In this document: one piece after another, positions 48,376 through 62,500 of the stretch
Layout of the letters: each line of letters opens with the position of its first letter
How positions within the stretch are numbered: position 1 is the stretch's first letter
Source of the DNA: Dipteris shenzhenensis
Taxonomy: Eukaryota
Assembly (NCBI GenBank): GCA_047967505.1
Contig: CM106538.1
Length of the DNA: 64,000 nt
Strand: one strand, 5' to 3'
Program-made: the position numbers and the translations under genes
The notes under the pieces: model-generated
Databases searched by the model: none
Seen by the model: the letters and a program-made list of their open reading frames with translations, nothing else
Told to the model about the DNA's origin: nothing

Positions 48376-50244
48376 ATGGCGAGACAACGATTGGAGGTGC
48401 TGGAAGCATTGGACAAGGCCAAGACGCAATGGTATCACTTCACAGCGATTGTAGTAACAGGAATGGGCTTCTTCACCGACGCCTACGATCTCTTTTGCAT
48501 CTCCACCGTCACCAGGCTCCTGGGTCGAATTTACTTCTACGATCCCTCCACAGACGATGATCAGCCCGGCACCCTCCCCACAATTGCCTCCTCCTTCGTC
48601 AATGGCGTCGCCCTCGTCGGCACCCTCCTCGGTCAGCTCCTCTTCGGCTGGCTCGGTGACAAATTGGGCCGTAAGCACGTCTATGGCCTCACCCTCTTCC
48701 TCATGGTCGGTAGCTCCATCGCCTCCGGCCTTTCTTTCAGTAGCTCCGGCACCACCGTCATCTCCACGCTCTGTTTCTTCCGCTTCTGGCTCGGCATGGG
48801 CATCGGTGGTGACTACCCCCTCTCTGCCACCATCATGTCCGAGTACGCCAATACTCGCACTCGAGGCGCCTTCATCGCTGCTGTTTTCGCCATGCAGGGC
48901 ATCGGCATCCTCGGCGGAGCTGCCGTGGCCATCCTCGTCTCCTCGGCCTTCAACGGCGCCTTCCCCACGCCTTCCTTCGCGGAAGACCCCCAAGGTTCCA
49001 CCCCCCCGCAGGCAGACTATGTGTGGAGGATTATCCTCATGGCCGGAGCTCTGCCCGCAGCGCTCACATATTATTGGAGGGCGAAGCTGCCGGAGACGGC
49101 ACGTTACACAGCGTTGGTGGAGGGGAGGGCGCAGCAGGCGGCCGAGGACATGGCGAAGATTCTGCAGCAGGAAAAAGGCGTAACCAAGGCAAAAGAGTCC
49201 GTCGCCATAGTCGGGGCGAGAAGCTCTAAGGATATGGCGACGATGCTGCAGCAGGAACAAGCAGCCGAAAAATCCGGTGCGAGAAGTCTTGAGGAAAGCT
49301 TATACGGCGATGGATTGGATGAAAACGAGCATCTGCTGCAGGGAAGACAAGATGAGCAAGCTCAAGGACCTCAATCCGACGCCATAGCCGGAATTCATCA
49401 GCAAGCTCGAGTAGCTCAATCCGACGCCATAGTCGAAGCTCATAGGCGCTCTGGCTATGGATTGATCTCTGCAAAATTTGCGAGAAAGCACGGCAAGCAT
49501 CTTCTGGGCACGGCGAGCTGCTGGTTCTTCGTCGACATAGCCTTCTACAGCAGCAATCTCTTCCAGAGAGATGTGCTGAGCGCCATCGGATGGCTGCCGG
49601 AAGCATCCGCCATGAACGCCATGGAGGAGGTCTATCAGATCGCTCGCAGCCAAGCTCTAATCGCCCTCTGCTCCACCGTCCCTGGCTACTGGGCTACTGT
49701 CTTGACGATCGATCTCCTCGGCCGCTTCACCATCCAGCTCCAAGGCTTCTTCTTCATGACCGCTTTCATGCTCGCCATCGCCATCCCTTACTCCTACTGG
49801 CAAACCCAAGCCCCCCCCATCGCCTTCGTCGCCCTCTATGCTTGCACCTTCTTCTTCTCCAACTTCGGCCCTAACAGCACCACCTTTATACTCCCCTCCG
49901 AGATCTTCCCCGCCCACCTCCGCTCCACTTGCCATGGCATCTCTGCCGGGGCCGGGCGCCTCGGTGCCATCATCGGGGCCTTCGGCTTCCAACCCGCCTG
50001 GGACTCGCAGGTCATCGGCCATAGCCGCACCTTGATCGTGCTCGCCGCCTGCAACGCCGCGGGGCTCCTGTGCACCTTCTTGGTGCCAGAAACCAAAGGC
50101 CGATCGCTGGAGGAGATCGCCGGAGATGATGAGGACGACGCTGAGCAAGAAGATTATCACCTCATTGACGGTCATACTTCCGGACAGTCACGAACTTTTT
50201 ATGAAGAGGATGATTCCAAAAATGTGAGAACACTGCTTCGGTAA
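48376..50244 (+). CDS. PHT1: PHT1 family phosphate:H+ symporter, intronless CDS, 622 aa
   Basis: [30 protein letters not shown], signature [42 protein letters not shown]. Confidence 0.97.
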   Translation: MARQRLEVLEALDKAKTQWYHFTAIVVTGMGFFTDAYDLFCISTVTRLLGRIYFYDPSTDDDQPGTLPTIASSFVNGVALVGTLLGQLLFGWLGDKLGRKHVYGLTLFLMVGSSIASGLSFSSSGTTVISTLCFFRFWLGMGIGGDYPLSATIMSEYANTRTRGAFIAAVFAMQGIGILGGAAVAILVSSAFNGAFPTPSFAEDPQGSTPPQADYVWRIILMAGALPAALTYYWRAKLPETARYTALVEGRAQQAAEDMAKILQQEKGVTKAKESVAIVGARSSKDMATMLQQEQAAEKSGARSLEESLYGDGLDENEHLLQGRQDEQAQGPQSDAIAGIHQQARVAQSDAIVEAHRRSGYGLISAKFARKHGKHLLGTASCWFFVDIAFYSSNLFQRDVLSAIGWLPEASAMNAMEEVYQIARSQALIALCSTVPGYWATVLTIDLLGRFTIQLQGFFFMTAFMLAIAIPYSYWQTQAPPIAFVALYACTFFFSNFGPNSTTFILPSEIFPAHLRSTCHGISAGAGRLGAIIGAFGFQPAWDSQVIGHSRTLIVLAACNAAGLLCTFLVPETKGRSLEEIAGDDEDDAEQEDYHLIDGHTSGQSRTFYEEDDSKNVRTLLR

Positions 50245-50556
50245 ATCGCAGGCATTTTGCATCTTCAGTTCCGACGCGAGGCATTGAAATGCATTGACGC
50301 CATTACTAATTAATCTGCTTCAAGCTGAAATTAGAGAATGTTGCAAGCCGAAGCAGAATTGAGCAAATACATTCAACGTGAACTGCTTCTGCAAGTAGAG
50401 ATTGCAAGCACCACCTCAAGATGAAGCAGAATTGAGCGAAGGCCATTGCTCCAATTCGCTTTGCTTAAGAGTCTTATTAAGAGTATGGTTCCTTGAAGGC
50501 ACTTAGTAAAGAAAACATTTTTTCAACTCTAGAACTAGTTTTTCCCCTACCATTAG

Positions 50557-50730
50557 TTTTTTTTTTTGAACGAACTCAGCCACCCATTTGGCCCTATTGA
50601 GGAGCCTCGCTCTCTCCCTAACCCATTTGGCCCTATTGAGGGGCGTCGCCCTCTACCTATGCAACAAGCTTCTTGGTATCGAACAAGGGCTGCTGCCTTG
50701 GTTACCACTAGGCTGCCACTGCGTCCTCAA
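50557..50730 (-). mobile_element. possible tRNA-derived SINE
   Basis: Minus strand: A-box-like TGGCAGCCTAGTGG (50718-50705), B-box GTTCGATAC (50684-50676), A11 tail (50567-50557); internal ~40-bp duplication; box spacing is short. Confidence 0.45.
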
Positions 50731-52879
50731 CCCCTCTCATAGTTGCAGCATACCTTGCTTGGCTTCTATAAGGCCTTCTTTGGTCATTGGCCCCTCTCTT
50801 CATCACCGTGCAAAAGACAAAGGGAGTGCACAATTCATGTTATGGTGATGGAGGATTAGTACAGCTCAATAGTTATGCACATCATATTGTTCCACTAAAC
50901 ACTTCTCCCAAGTGTGGGTGTAAGGATTACGATTTCGACATAAATCAAGATGTTTATAATTTAAAAACTTTGTTAATAAACGAGTGATAAGGGGGTTGTA
51001 GGTTATTTTTCTAAAAACTCATTGGATTAGATCCCAAACAAGCTCCAACTCCCTTTTTTTTTATACATTGAACTATATTGTCCCCTATAAAGGTTATTTT
51101 CTTGAAAAAGCATTGGATTGCATTTGCAACAAGCTTTTTTTTTTTAACGTTGAACTACATTACAAAATGATATTTGCATCGTATACTAACTACTTTTATC
51201 TCAAAATGATGGTACTTTATTATTATTAGGATTGTTTTCTATTGAACTAGCACTACCTAGCCCTTCATCCCTATTCCTACGCGTTGACAGAGCCCATTAG
51301 TCATTCTTTCACATTATTCTTTTAGCTAGTAAGTTCATATGATGTTTCTCTATTCGTATAGCTGCTATTAAGTTCATATGCTTTTGCTCTATTCTTTTAT
51401 CATACATGCTAATTGATTACACACACATTATATTCTAAGAATGGAATATACATTGAACTAGATCTGTATATTTAGCTAGATAGTTATGAATTAGAGCTGG
51501 TTTTCAAAGAATTGCCACTTATAATGGGAATGTTCTCTTTTATTTTATAACTTGTATATTATTGTGTTGTAAGACTATAAAACATGCTAGTTCTAAATGC
51601 AAAATATGAAATTAGCATGAATTTGAGTGAGGTATTTCTTAATAATTATCAAATTTAAAACTAACATGTGTTGGGCACTTCCATGGGTGGCAAGGTGGAC
51701 ATGTGTTGATCCATAAGTGGTGTGCTTCTACATGGTATGCTCTTTTTGTTCGACATATGCACTGTGTTCCCATGTGCTTGTTTGTTGTAAAAGAGTATCC
51801 CTCACCAAATACTCTTGTCTATCATAACAAGAGCTAACCTAAATGGCAATCCTCAATACTACCATTCACACCAGCATCGATGCATCTTGTTGAGATTTTT
51901 ATCTCAAGGCCCATACGGTCAAATTTAGTGTGAGGGTTATGTTTATCAATATTAGCATTGATAAAAGGGTCAATATTAGTGTCGATAATTAGAAAAAAGG
52001 TCACTATTATGATCAAAAATACCATCGAAAAGTTCATTATAAAAGCGTCAATATTACTGTCAAAAACTCTAGGAAACATCGATATTAGCATCAAAATTTG
52101 CATCGATAAGGCTTTGCAAAATAACACAACATCAATAATTTACAAAGTTTAATCAATAACATTCTTAGATAAGTGTCAAATGTAACCAAAGTATTTTCTA
52201 GCAATGTTGTCCCCCATTCTCTGATCAATCAAAGCCTTACTTGAATCTTCCAAGCCACCATCATGAGATTGATGCACATCCTCGTTATCATCTGTGGGCA
52301 GGTCTCTCACATCTGAGCATATAACTTGAGTTCTTCTAAATTAGTGTCTGAGAACCGTGTGAGGAGCTCAAATTATCTTCACATTCCAAAACTCTTGTAA
52401 AAGACATGTATTGGAAGTGCTAGCTTCCAATATTTTGATCTTCCATTTCATGCTCCACTTCCACATTTTCAAATACATGTTGCTTTCTAGGTGCAACTAG
52501 AATCACAAACCATGACTAGTAGTCTACTCACTTGGGTTGAAAAACCGACTAAAATATAGTTTGAAATGATTTATTATATGTTCATGCAAGCTTTAATGAA
52601 ATATGCAATCTCTCAAGAAAAGAATCTACATTTGTCAAATGTACAAGGGTGAAGGAAGATGAGATATTACCTGCAAAAGAATCCCTCATCCTGCTTAGGG
52701 GGACACATAGAGACTCTTCTTCATATAAGCTGGCTTGAGTATAAAAGTTATTTCTTCCCATATCTATGATCCCCCCTCCTCTTCCTTGGATTCCCTTCTC
52801 CCTCCCACCCTTTTCCTCTACTCGCTCTCTCGTCCCTTAGAATGGCAAAAACTGCATTTCAATCCTACCTAACTATAGT

Positions 52880-53080
52880 GTGAGCATCTCTAAAAATGAC
52901 TTTGAACTATTTCACATTAAATATAAATACTTTGAATTTGCTAGAGTTCACTTGCATAATGTCTTGTATGGTTCCAACATAATCCATTTTGCTTGCAGTG
53001 AGATTTGTATCCCTCACATTAGCTCTACAGTCTTGCGAAAAGTTGGCCACAATTGCTCAACCAAATGTGTTGCACATCTG
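52880..53080 (-). pseudogene. CACTA transposase DUF4216-like fragment
   Basis: IVANFSQDCRANVRDTN..MDYVGTIQDIMQVNSSKFKVFIFNVK*F resembles the Y.G.IE+I.E+DY...+F...W pattern. Confidence 0.6.
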
Positions 53081-55594
53081 TGCAAGGTAAGGTGGACCAA
53101 AAAAGTGTGTCTAAGACATTACTTTTAGGTGCTTTAAATGAGACTCTCCTCTTTGTATTTCAAAAGACATTCTTGAGTCTATGTGGCACATAGTCTGGAG
53201 GCTATAGGATTTCAAGCCAAAAGGTATGTAGCATGTGCATACATTGGAGTGCATCTATTAAGATTTTTATTCCATATAGTGGTTTTTATTGTACATGTAA
53301 ATGCTAGAAACATGGGTTTAATGTTTCATTGTAACTCTCATTCTTCCTCTCTTTCTCTCCTACTTTCTATTTTGAATTCTCAAATGACAACTGTGAGACT
53401 CTCCACCAGGACTTCTATGGACAACGTACATGACTACTCGAGGGGGTCACTCAATAATATGTGTGACTATCACATGGGTTCAACATAAGGATATATTTAA
53501 TTTCATTTTGTCTCACATTTTCACTGATAGAAGGGTGCCATAAAAAAGATATGGAGAAAAAATTTTCAGATTAAATAGAAAAAGGGTGCATCTTATTAAT
53601 AAGGGGTTTTACAAATAGGCCTTGAATGCAAAAGATATATGGGGTTTATACATAGTGACCCCCCGAGCATGACTAGCTACTGTGTGTTTACAATGACCAC
53701 AGGAAATGATGCTCTACAGTAGCTAATGCATATCTCAACAAAGCCACATTGACTCAAAGTAGAGAGTTGGAATAAATGACATAGGCAAAGATCAAAATGA
53801 AGAGTTGGAACAAATGACATGCAAAGCTACATTGAGTGACAATAGAGAGTCGTAACAAAAGATGAAGGTAAGGGTCATTGTTTGCTTGGGTGTACCCATT
53901 TTTGGTGAGGTTCAGGGACTTTTCTATATATAAGTATCTTGCATGACCCATAACTTATGGATTGCTCAATAGAATTCGGCAAACTTTGTCTTCAAGTTGT
54001 AGTACACATTCCAAACTTGAACATGAGTGCAATAAATTATGGAATAAGTATTTGGAACGAGACCGTTAAAGCATTACAAGTGCTATGTTGCATGTGAAGC
54101 ATGCATCCTGAAGACTATAGGATATAGCAATTTATTCAAAAACATCAAAATTTTGTTCTATATATACATGCAACCAAGTAATCATTCTAAAGTGCACTAT
54201 GTGAGCTTCTCCTCAACCCAAGGACACACCTAAATGAGATCATTATGCATGGGTTAATGGGCCTCCAATGTTGTGCTAAAGTGATGCATACCCATTTGAG
54301 GGCACGATCCATAGCTTTTTTTTTATTTGTTGAAAACCAAAACGGATTGAAAAATTGGAATCCAAACTATTGGGACTAGTGCATGATGGTCTTAAAACAT
54401 TGATAGTTATTGGTATAGATATCTAGATTCACCCTAAAATGGAAGAAGTTGGAAAAGTGCAATTTGTGCATGTGCAAATATATTTTAATAAATCCAACAC
54501 TATTTATAATTTTGAATTGTTTCTTTTTCAATGCACTTGCTTGCTATATGACTCATAAGCATGCCAAAGGTCATTGCATTTAATAATACACATCATCATA
54601 CCTGATAGCATGCCCCTTGGCCTATTTGTGTTTTGAAGCATTTTTTGCCACATCGCACTTGTTTGGGATATCCAAGTCTGTTGACGTGTATTGTAGGAGG
54701 GGGGGAAAACCAACGGCCAAAATTTTGCTACACCCACGAATTTCAAATTTTCACACCTCTCGCCCATCAAATCTTGGAAGCTTAAGTACGTGCAACTTGG
54801 CCCTGTCCTACAAACACCCTACAAACCCACATGCACCTCGATGTGACCTTGTGCAAACTTTGGTTTGCCATTGTCTTCTTTGGGTTAAGTTGTCTTCTAT
54901 TCTTTGCTTGCCTCACCAGCTAGCTTCTCTATTTCTATTCTAGACGGATCGTGGCCATGGCGTATGTGGCAACATGTAGCTCGCCATGGCTTGCAAAAGA
55001 AGTAGACAGAGGTTGTGAGATAGGAAAGCCAAAAAGCCAGGTCAAGGCATAAGGAACAGAGTGTGGGTTGAGGAAAGCACTGGCACGATATCGAATCGGC
55101 AATAGAAGATACTTTTGCAAGAGAAGCAGACAGAGGTTACAAGATAGGAAAGCCAAAAAGCCAGGTTAAGGCATAAGGAACAAAGTGCAGGTCGAGGAAA
55201 GTGCTGGCATGGTATCGAATTGGCAACAGAAGATACTTTTGCAACATCTGCGAAGGGAGAAACAATGAGAAGAAAGAAGTCTCCTTGCAGAGCAGTAGCA
55301 AGAAGTGGTTGCAAATGCACACATTCAATCATTTTGCCATCAAAGTTTAAAACACGAGTTGTGGTGTCATGATTGGTGGGAGCATTCAAGGAAGCAACAT
55401 CAAGCCATTTAGGTGATTACAAGTCTCAAGTCTTCACAAGCTTTAGCATGCACCCTAAAGTTCATAGCGTAACAACCCTACCAACACCTCAGGAGATGCA
55501 CACCCAAGAGGCGATGCTCTCCAACCTGGGAAATGGCCTACAGAAAGTGAAAGGGGTGCACACCTTAGATTAACTAGCTACAAAGAGGGCGACA

Positions 55595-55942
55595 TTGGCT
55601 ATGTTGGTGTCCCCTGAAACAAAGGAGAAATGGCTTGGGCACACAATGTCAAAGATGTTGTCAATCAGAAGGACCAATGTGGCTCTAGCGGTTGAACATA
55701 GAGAAGAAGCAATGCACATTCATCCTGATCTGAGAAGTCTATGGGCTTCAACAGAATGCAAGAAAAGGAGAGATAGCCTACGCGCAGAAGTCATTGCTAT
55801 AGTGACGACATTTTGGCACGAAACTACGAGAGTTTCTTCAAATAGAAAGGACATCTATAAGAAGCGAATGGGATGCAAGGTGTTTGAGGAGCACATCATA
55901 CACATGCATCATACACATGCTAGATACAATGCAGGTCAATGA
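55595..55942 (+). pseudogene. TE-like coding remnant, family not identified
   Basis: RRDSL...FWHETTRVSSNRKD..K+RM..KVFEEH looks like real protein sequence, but I cannot name the family. Confidence 0.35.
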
Positions 55943-58429
55943 CGCAGGTCAATGGTGCCTAAACCAGCTCGGTGGTTGTTTGTGATTGAGCTTTGGGATA
56001 GTTTATTTGTTTCATTTCTTAAACAAGGCTTGGACTAAATGTGATTGTCCTAAACCAACTCGGTGGTTGGAACAGCATGCAACCGTAGGCTAGTTCAGCT
56101 CAATCGCCAGTTATGTGATTGTTCTAAACCAGGGTGGTTGAACAGACATGTTGTCCAGGACGGTGGCAAGGTTGAGCAGAAAATAATAGTAGCAATATAA
56201 CGTGCAGGTTCCTCTTGTATAAGGAAAGAAGTGAATGGTCTTCTTCAGCACATCTTGGAGGTCTATTGGCAAATTTGAAATATTGACTCCACCATCTTTA
56301 CTAATCTAAGCATTGGGATATACGTCTAGAATATCCTGTCTCTTTCACTGATTCTCAAAAAGTATGCATGCAAACTGCCTCCAAAAATTCCTAGAGCTTG
56401 CAAACTGCCTCCAAAAATTCCTAGAGCATTTTCAATCATGCTTTCATTGATGGTAATCTTCTGACCTTGACAGACTAGTTGCCCCTCCTTCATGTTCACC
56501 TCCTCTACCAACCTAGTGAAGTTTTGGAGAGCATCCAAATTGGGCTTTTAAAGAGTGAGAGAGGAGCTCCCATATGTCACGATTTCAAGGAGGGGCTTTT
56601 GCACTGTGCTGCAGAGGGGGAGGAAAGATTGTGTGAGGAGCTCCCAGACTGTGCAGGGTCCATTACAAGAGGGGATAGAAGTTGCAGGAAGAGCACAAGG
56701 GAGATAGAAATGGTCGAGAGGGATAAAAGATGAAACAATTAAGGAAATGGAATAGTGGAGGCTTGAGTTTGCAATCTGATTGCAAGAGAGAAAGAAATGG
56801 TTGAGAGGGATAGAAGATGAAGCAGTGAAGGAAATGGAATAGTGGAGGCTTGAGATTGCAAGGGAGAATGAAATGTTTGAGAGGGATAGAAGATGAAATG
56901 GTTAAGGGAATGGAATAGCACTACACTATCAAGGTAAGAACCACCGCAGTGGTTGGCCCGAATTTTAAATAATTCAAGGCGGCAGTACTGACTTGCATGG
57001 TAATAAATGATTAGAGGTGGTGGCATCTAAGATTCCCAGCCATGTTTGTGGTGGCAGCTAAGACCCACCAGGCTGGCAGTTAATTATCAGCCACCGCAGT
57101 GGCCCGCAATTACTTAGCTTCCAGTTACCACCATCAGGCTTACATACATGATTACTATGAGTGCAATAAATTACGACTCACCAGGCTTGCATGCTCAAGA
57201 TAATACGTAAAATTAGGTAACATAGCTATAACTCCAAGAACCAATGCGGTGGTCTAGCAGTGAGACGATGATCAGAATGATAGGTTGCGTCTCATTATTA
57301 CACCAAAAACCAACGTGGTGGTCTCTTCAAGCCAACCTATGATTTGCATGGGCTGTAGATAAAGATACAGTAAAAGGTTGCATGATGACACATGCTCAAG
57401 CCAGAGACTACACTGCAGCAGTGTTCAGAATGATAGATTGTGAATGATAGATTATGTCTAATTATTAGGCCAAGAACCAACTCGGTGGTCTCTCCAAGCC
57501 AACCTTCAATTTTAATGATCTGCATGGGTGGGTGCCTAGTGACAGGTGGCAACTATAGCAAAAAGCTGCGCGATGATAAGTGATCAAGCGGCATAGGCCA
57601 ATGTTGGCTCTTTCCCATGGCTTCCGTAGGAAGAGCAGGGTATTCTCAATATGCAGGGTTTTAAGGCTTTTTGTCACCTACAGATATATCAGGGTTGTTG
57701 TTTGTAGTATATGTGTAGCTTAGGACCTCGAGTTGTATTCCAGTGAGAGATGTAGGCATAAGTGTAGTAAGCAAACATAGTGCATGCATGTGTGAAAGGA
57801 ACGTGCATCATCATGGTTGAGGTAATGAAGGCTTTCGCCTTCATTGCGGATTGAGGGATTTAGGAGGAGTTTAACATTAAAAGGGAAGTCCAAGGTTTAG
57901 AAAGAGGTTCCATATTTTAGAAGAGGTTCAAGGGTTAGGAGGTTCCATGGTTTAGAGAGAGGTTCCAAAGTTTAGAAGAGGTTCCGAGGTTAGAAGAAGA
58001 ATCCAAGGTTCAGGGTAGAGTACATGGTGGAGAACTCGTCTCCCTCGTAGATCATGGATGTTAAGGGTTAAGGAACTAAGGGTTTAGGGGGAGCATAGGA
58101 GTGGGAGAGGAAGAAGCTGTAAGAGCATGGGGGAAAGAAGACAGAGGAGGGAGGAGGAGAAGGAGGAGGAGGAGGGAGGAGGAGAAGGGAGGAGGAGAAA
58201 AGAGGAGGAGGGAGGAGGAGAAGGGAGGAGGAGGAGTGAGAAGGATGGGTTGCAAGGTTGGAGGAGAGGGGAGGAGTTAGGACATGCTTTTAGACATGGA
58301 GTGCAAGGAAGCATGGACACTTGAGACAATTGCTCGGAATACCAAAGTAGAACTTAACACAATGCCCCAAAGAGTGTGGGCTTCATTCCATTATGAGGTA
58401 TTTATACAAGTTGGAGAGATTCTCTCTCT

Positions 58430-58635
58430 ACATGTAGGAATTGTAAGACATTCTCTCTCTACATGTAGAACTTGCATATAGAAGTTGCATGTAGAAGTTG
58501 CATATAGAACTCGCATGTAGTACATGCATGTAGGAATCACATGTAGGACTTGCATGTAGGAGTTGCATGTAGGAGTTGCATGTAGAACTCACATGTAGGA
58601 GTTGGATGTAGAACTTGCATGTAGAACATGCAAGT
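58430..58635. repeat. 13-bp tandem repeat (GCATGTAGRAGTT)
   Basis: About 12 diverged copies, next to GA-rich and GAGGTTCC repeats at 57880-58280. Confidence 0.85.
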
Positions 58636-59599
58636 TGGATTTCTAAGGGGGATTATTCCTAGCCTTATGCAAGTACAAGCAGAGCTTTGCCACTACTCTA
58701 CACACACATTCTATACTACCTAAGTACATGTTGGCACAAAGACAACATACTCCCAGATCCATTTGATTACCCATCCTGGGGTTATGGCTTATTTTGATTT
58801 CGGAGTTGGGATGCCATGTGCATAACCTAGTGGCTGTTGAGCTTGTGGCATGCAAGTCATTCATGTTGTAATTCTTTTGCACCATACAATTTATGGTCTG
58901 TAGTCAAGAAGCTTATCTCCTCTTGAGGAGGGGTAGACAGTTGTGAATTTCTGAGGGGATCTCATTGTTGAAGCTGTGGACTCTTCCATCGAATCTTCTT
59001 GGGAATAGGTTTGGCGGGGGTCTTGTTGTTGAGGCTAGTATTTCTTGCTATCTTGCATACATGTTGGATGCGATTGCACCCATATCATTGAGCTTGTAGA
59101 TAAGTTTGTGTGCAAGTCTAATATTTTTACATTTAGGAGATGGCTGTGATGTTTGGCGGGGGTCTCGTTACTGAGGCTGCAGACTCTTTTGCCAATCCAT
59201 TTTGAGTTTTTGGCATGGCTTCTTGTCCTATTGTGAATTCATTGCATGCTTTGAGAGTATGGAATGAAAGTGTGTGATACTATTATTGATGCAATCTATT
59301 ATGTGCCTGTGCAAAATCATGTGAATGCATGTGATGTGTCGATTAGGTAGGGACTAACTATATGCTTATTTGTGGGATTTAATAGGGAAACTAAGATTTA
59401 ATCATCCTTAATACAAAATTGATTAGGTCATCCTAAATGTGCAAAAACGTGCATATGCTAGTGAGTGTGCATGTAACAATCTAGTGCAAACTATGTGTGC
59501 AAAAATGTGCATATGCTAGTGAGTGTGCGTGCAACAATCTAGTGCAAATTATTAAAGCCTTGGGGTTCCCAAAACTTCATTTTTGTTAGGGATGGCTTG

Positions 59600-62500
59600 T
59601 GTGTTGAAGTAGTAGTGCTTTAGTTGGCTCTCGTTTATTATTGTGTTGAATTGGACTCCATCCAATGTTTCTAGCAGCACAGCTCTGATGGGATTCACTT
59701 TTCTTACTCAGTAGGGTCCTTGACTTAGATACTTCAGTTTCCCCTTGTGTAATTTGGCATTGTATAACAAAACCAAGTCACCTTCCTTGATGTCTTAAGC
59801 TTTAAGAGTTCTGTCAAACCATACCTTTCTTCTGCATTTTTATGTTGTCATCGCATGGTAGGTGACTAGTCTTGTCTCTGTATGCTTCTCCAACTAATAG
59901 AGTCTTTCTTTCAAGGATTCATGGTCTCCCATGCATTCCTATACTGCTATGCGTAGGCTTGGTATTACAAATTCTAGTGGGACCACAGCTTCAAGGCCAT
60001 ACACCAATTGAAAAGGTGTGTTCCCTGTAGTGACCTTGAGTGTGGTTCTGTATGCCCATAAGGCTACATTCCATTTCTCTACCTAATTAGAATGTTGTGG
60101 TTCTACTACCTTGGTGAGGATAATGCATAATATTTTGTTGGTGGATTCGGCCTGTCCATTCCCTTGGGGGTAATAGGGTGTGCTTTTTCTATGGATTATC
60201 ATAAAGCCAAGCAAGAGTTCTTGGATTACCTCATTGACCAAATGTGTGCCTCTATTTGACACAATTTCAATGGGGCATCCGAATCGGGTGATCACATTTT
60301 CATATAAGAATCTTGTTGTGCTTCTGGCATGTGCTTCTGGCATCTACCTTTCTGACTGCTTTAGCTTTAGCCCATTTTGTAAAGTAATCAGTGGCCACAA
60401 TGATGTAGCATGCCTATATTCCTTTTGTTGCTAAATGGATGGGACCCACATAGTCAATCCCCCATTTTAAAAATGGTCTTTGTGCAACAACTGTTGTTAG
60501 GGATTGAAGTCTTTATGTTGTGGTCTAGTAGTCCGTTGGCATACATCACAGTCTTTTACATATTCATGGGCATCTGCCCATAGTGTTGGCCACTACTAGC
60601 CTACGAGGAGAACTTTTTTTGCTGTGGCTTCCCCTTGGAAGTGTCCTCCTATAATGCCTTCATGGACTTCACTTAGGATTGGCATGATCTCATGAGGCAT
60701 TACACATCTTAATACTGGGTCCTTGCCCATCTTATATAGTTGTCCTGTAATAAGTTGATAGGGTGCAGCTTTCAAAATTAGTTTTTTGGCATCCACTTCC
60801 CTGCCCCACAAATGCCAAGGGAGTGCAGCAATTACATGCCATATGGGTTACTATCAAAGGTTCATTCTGTTTTACGCAGACATAGCTTGGCGAGTCAACC
60901 ATTGTACAAGCTGTTAGGATCGGCAATGTAGTGTTGGGCACCTTTGTGAACCACTATTTTGAAGTTGAATTCTTAAAGCAAGAGGAGCCATCTAGTTATT
61001 CTTCCTCTTGTACATGGATGGTTCACAAGATAAAGCAATGCTTGATGGTCGGTGTAGAAGACAAAATCATTTGCCAGTAGATAGTGTCGAAATTTCTTAA
61101 CACTATACACCATTGCTAGGGCTTCTCTTTCTGTGGTGGCATAGTTGATGTCTACATCATTGAGTTGTCGACTGGCAAAGTAGAATGGGTAGTCTTTCTT
61201 ATGTTCACCAGGTTGACAAAGCACACTCCCAATTGCATACTTGGATCCATCAATATGAACATGAAAATCAATATCCCAATTGGGAGATATAAGGATGTGT
61301 AGTCTGGCTATCATGGCATACCGCAATATAAATCTTCTATAATAGCCAGTATGTCCCATAAAGACTTGTACACCTTTGGAATTTGTAGGAGGAGGCAATT
61401 CCATGATGATTTTGATTTTGTCCATGTCAGTTGCAATCCCATGTTGAGAAATAATGTGTCCCAAAACAACTCCATGGATGACCATGAACTAGCATTTTGT
61501 TGGATTTAGGGAGATGCCATACTCCCTGCATTTGATTAGTACTACTTCAAGACATTTGAAGTGGTCTTTTTTGTTCGAGTGGATGCACAAATCATCCAAG
61601 AACACTAGTAAAAACTTATTCAAAAATGACTTGAAAGCTGTGAACATGACTCGCTAGAATGTGGCTAGGGCATTACAAAGGCCAAATGGCATGACTCTAT
61701 ATGCAAAAATACCCCATTTTGTAGCAAATGCTAATTTTGATTGGTCTTTAATTTGCAATTGGGTATAGCCCCATTGAATTTATCCAAGAAGCTATATATT
61801 TCAGAGCCTGCCACCTTTTCCAACATTGTTTCTGTTAAGGGTAGGGGATAGTGATCCCTAATTATGGCGGCATTTATATTCTTTAAGTTTACGCATATTC
61901 TGAGCTTCTTGTTGCATTTAGGCACAATGACGATGGGTGAAACCCAATCAGTGTGCTCTATCTCGTAGATGAATTTGGCGTCTAGGAGTTTTTCCAACTC
62001 GTCTCATAAACCATGGTGCCATACTTAGGATTTGTGCGATAAGGTCCACATACCTTAGGGTGAGCACCTTCCCTTATAGGTACCACATCTAGTGAAATTC
62101 CTTTCATCTCTTTGTATGACCATGCTAGGTAATCATGGTATTCCATTAGGAGTGCTTTGAGTTTGGTTTCATCTTCTTGTCAAAGCTATTTCCCAATGAA
62201 AACCCGTTTTTCTTCCTTCCTTTCAAGGGTGAGATTTATTGTGCATGTTTTTGCCGATCCCTCATAGATTGGAGTTTCTCCAATGCTATCAGTTTCTTGA
62301 ACTTCAGATTCTCTTAGTGGTCTTGGCATTACTATTGGGACACTGCCACTTGTGTAATTCTTGAAGTATTTCAGCACTTCTCAAAGATTGACCTCTGATG
62401 GTGTTGAACTAGCCTGACATGTGCCATGTGTACTAGGTGGCATAGTTTCATTTACCAATTTGTTAGGCTCTTTTTGACTTTCTTTTTCTGAAGTCTCTTG

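Noticed and set aside
48334-50175. Long antisense and alternate-frame ORFs over PHT1 (308 aa, 208 aa, 172 aa)
   Set aside because: Expected shadows of a GC3-rich coding sequence; no recognisable motifs.
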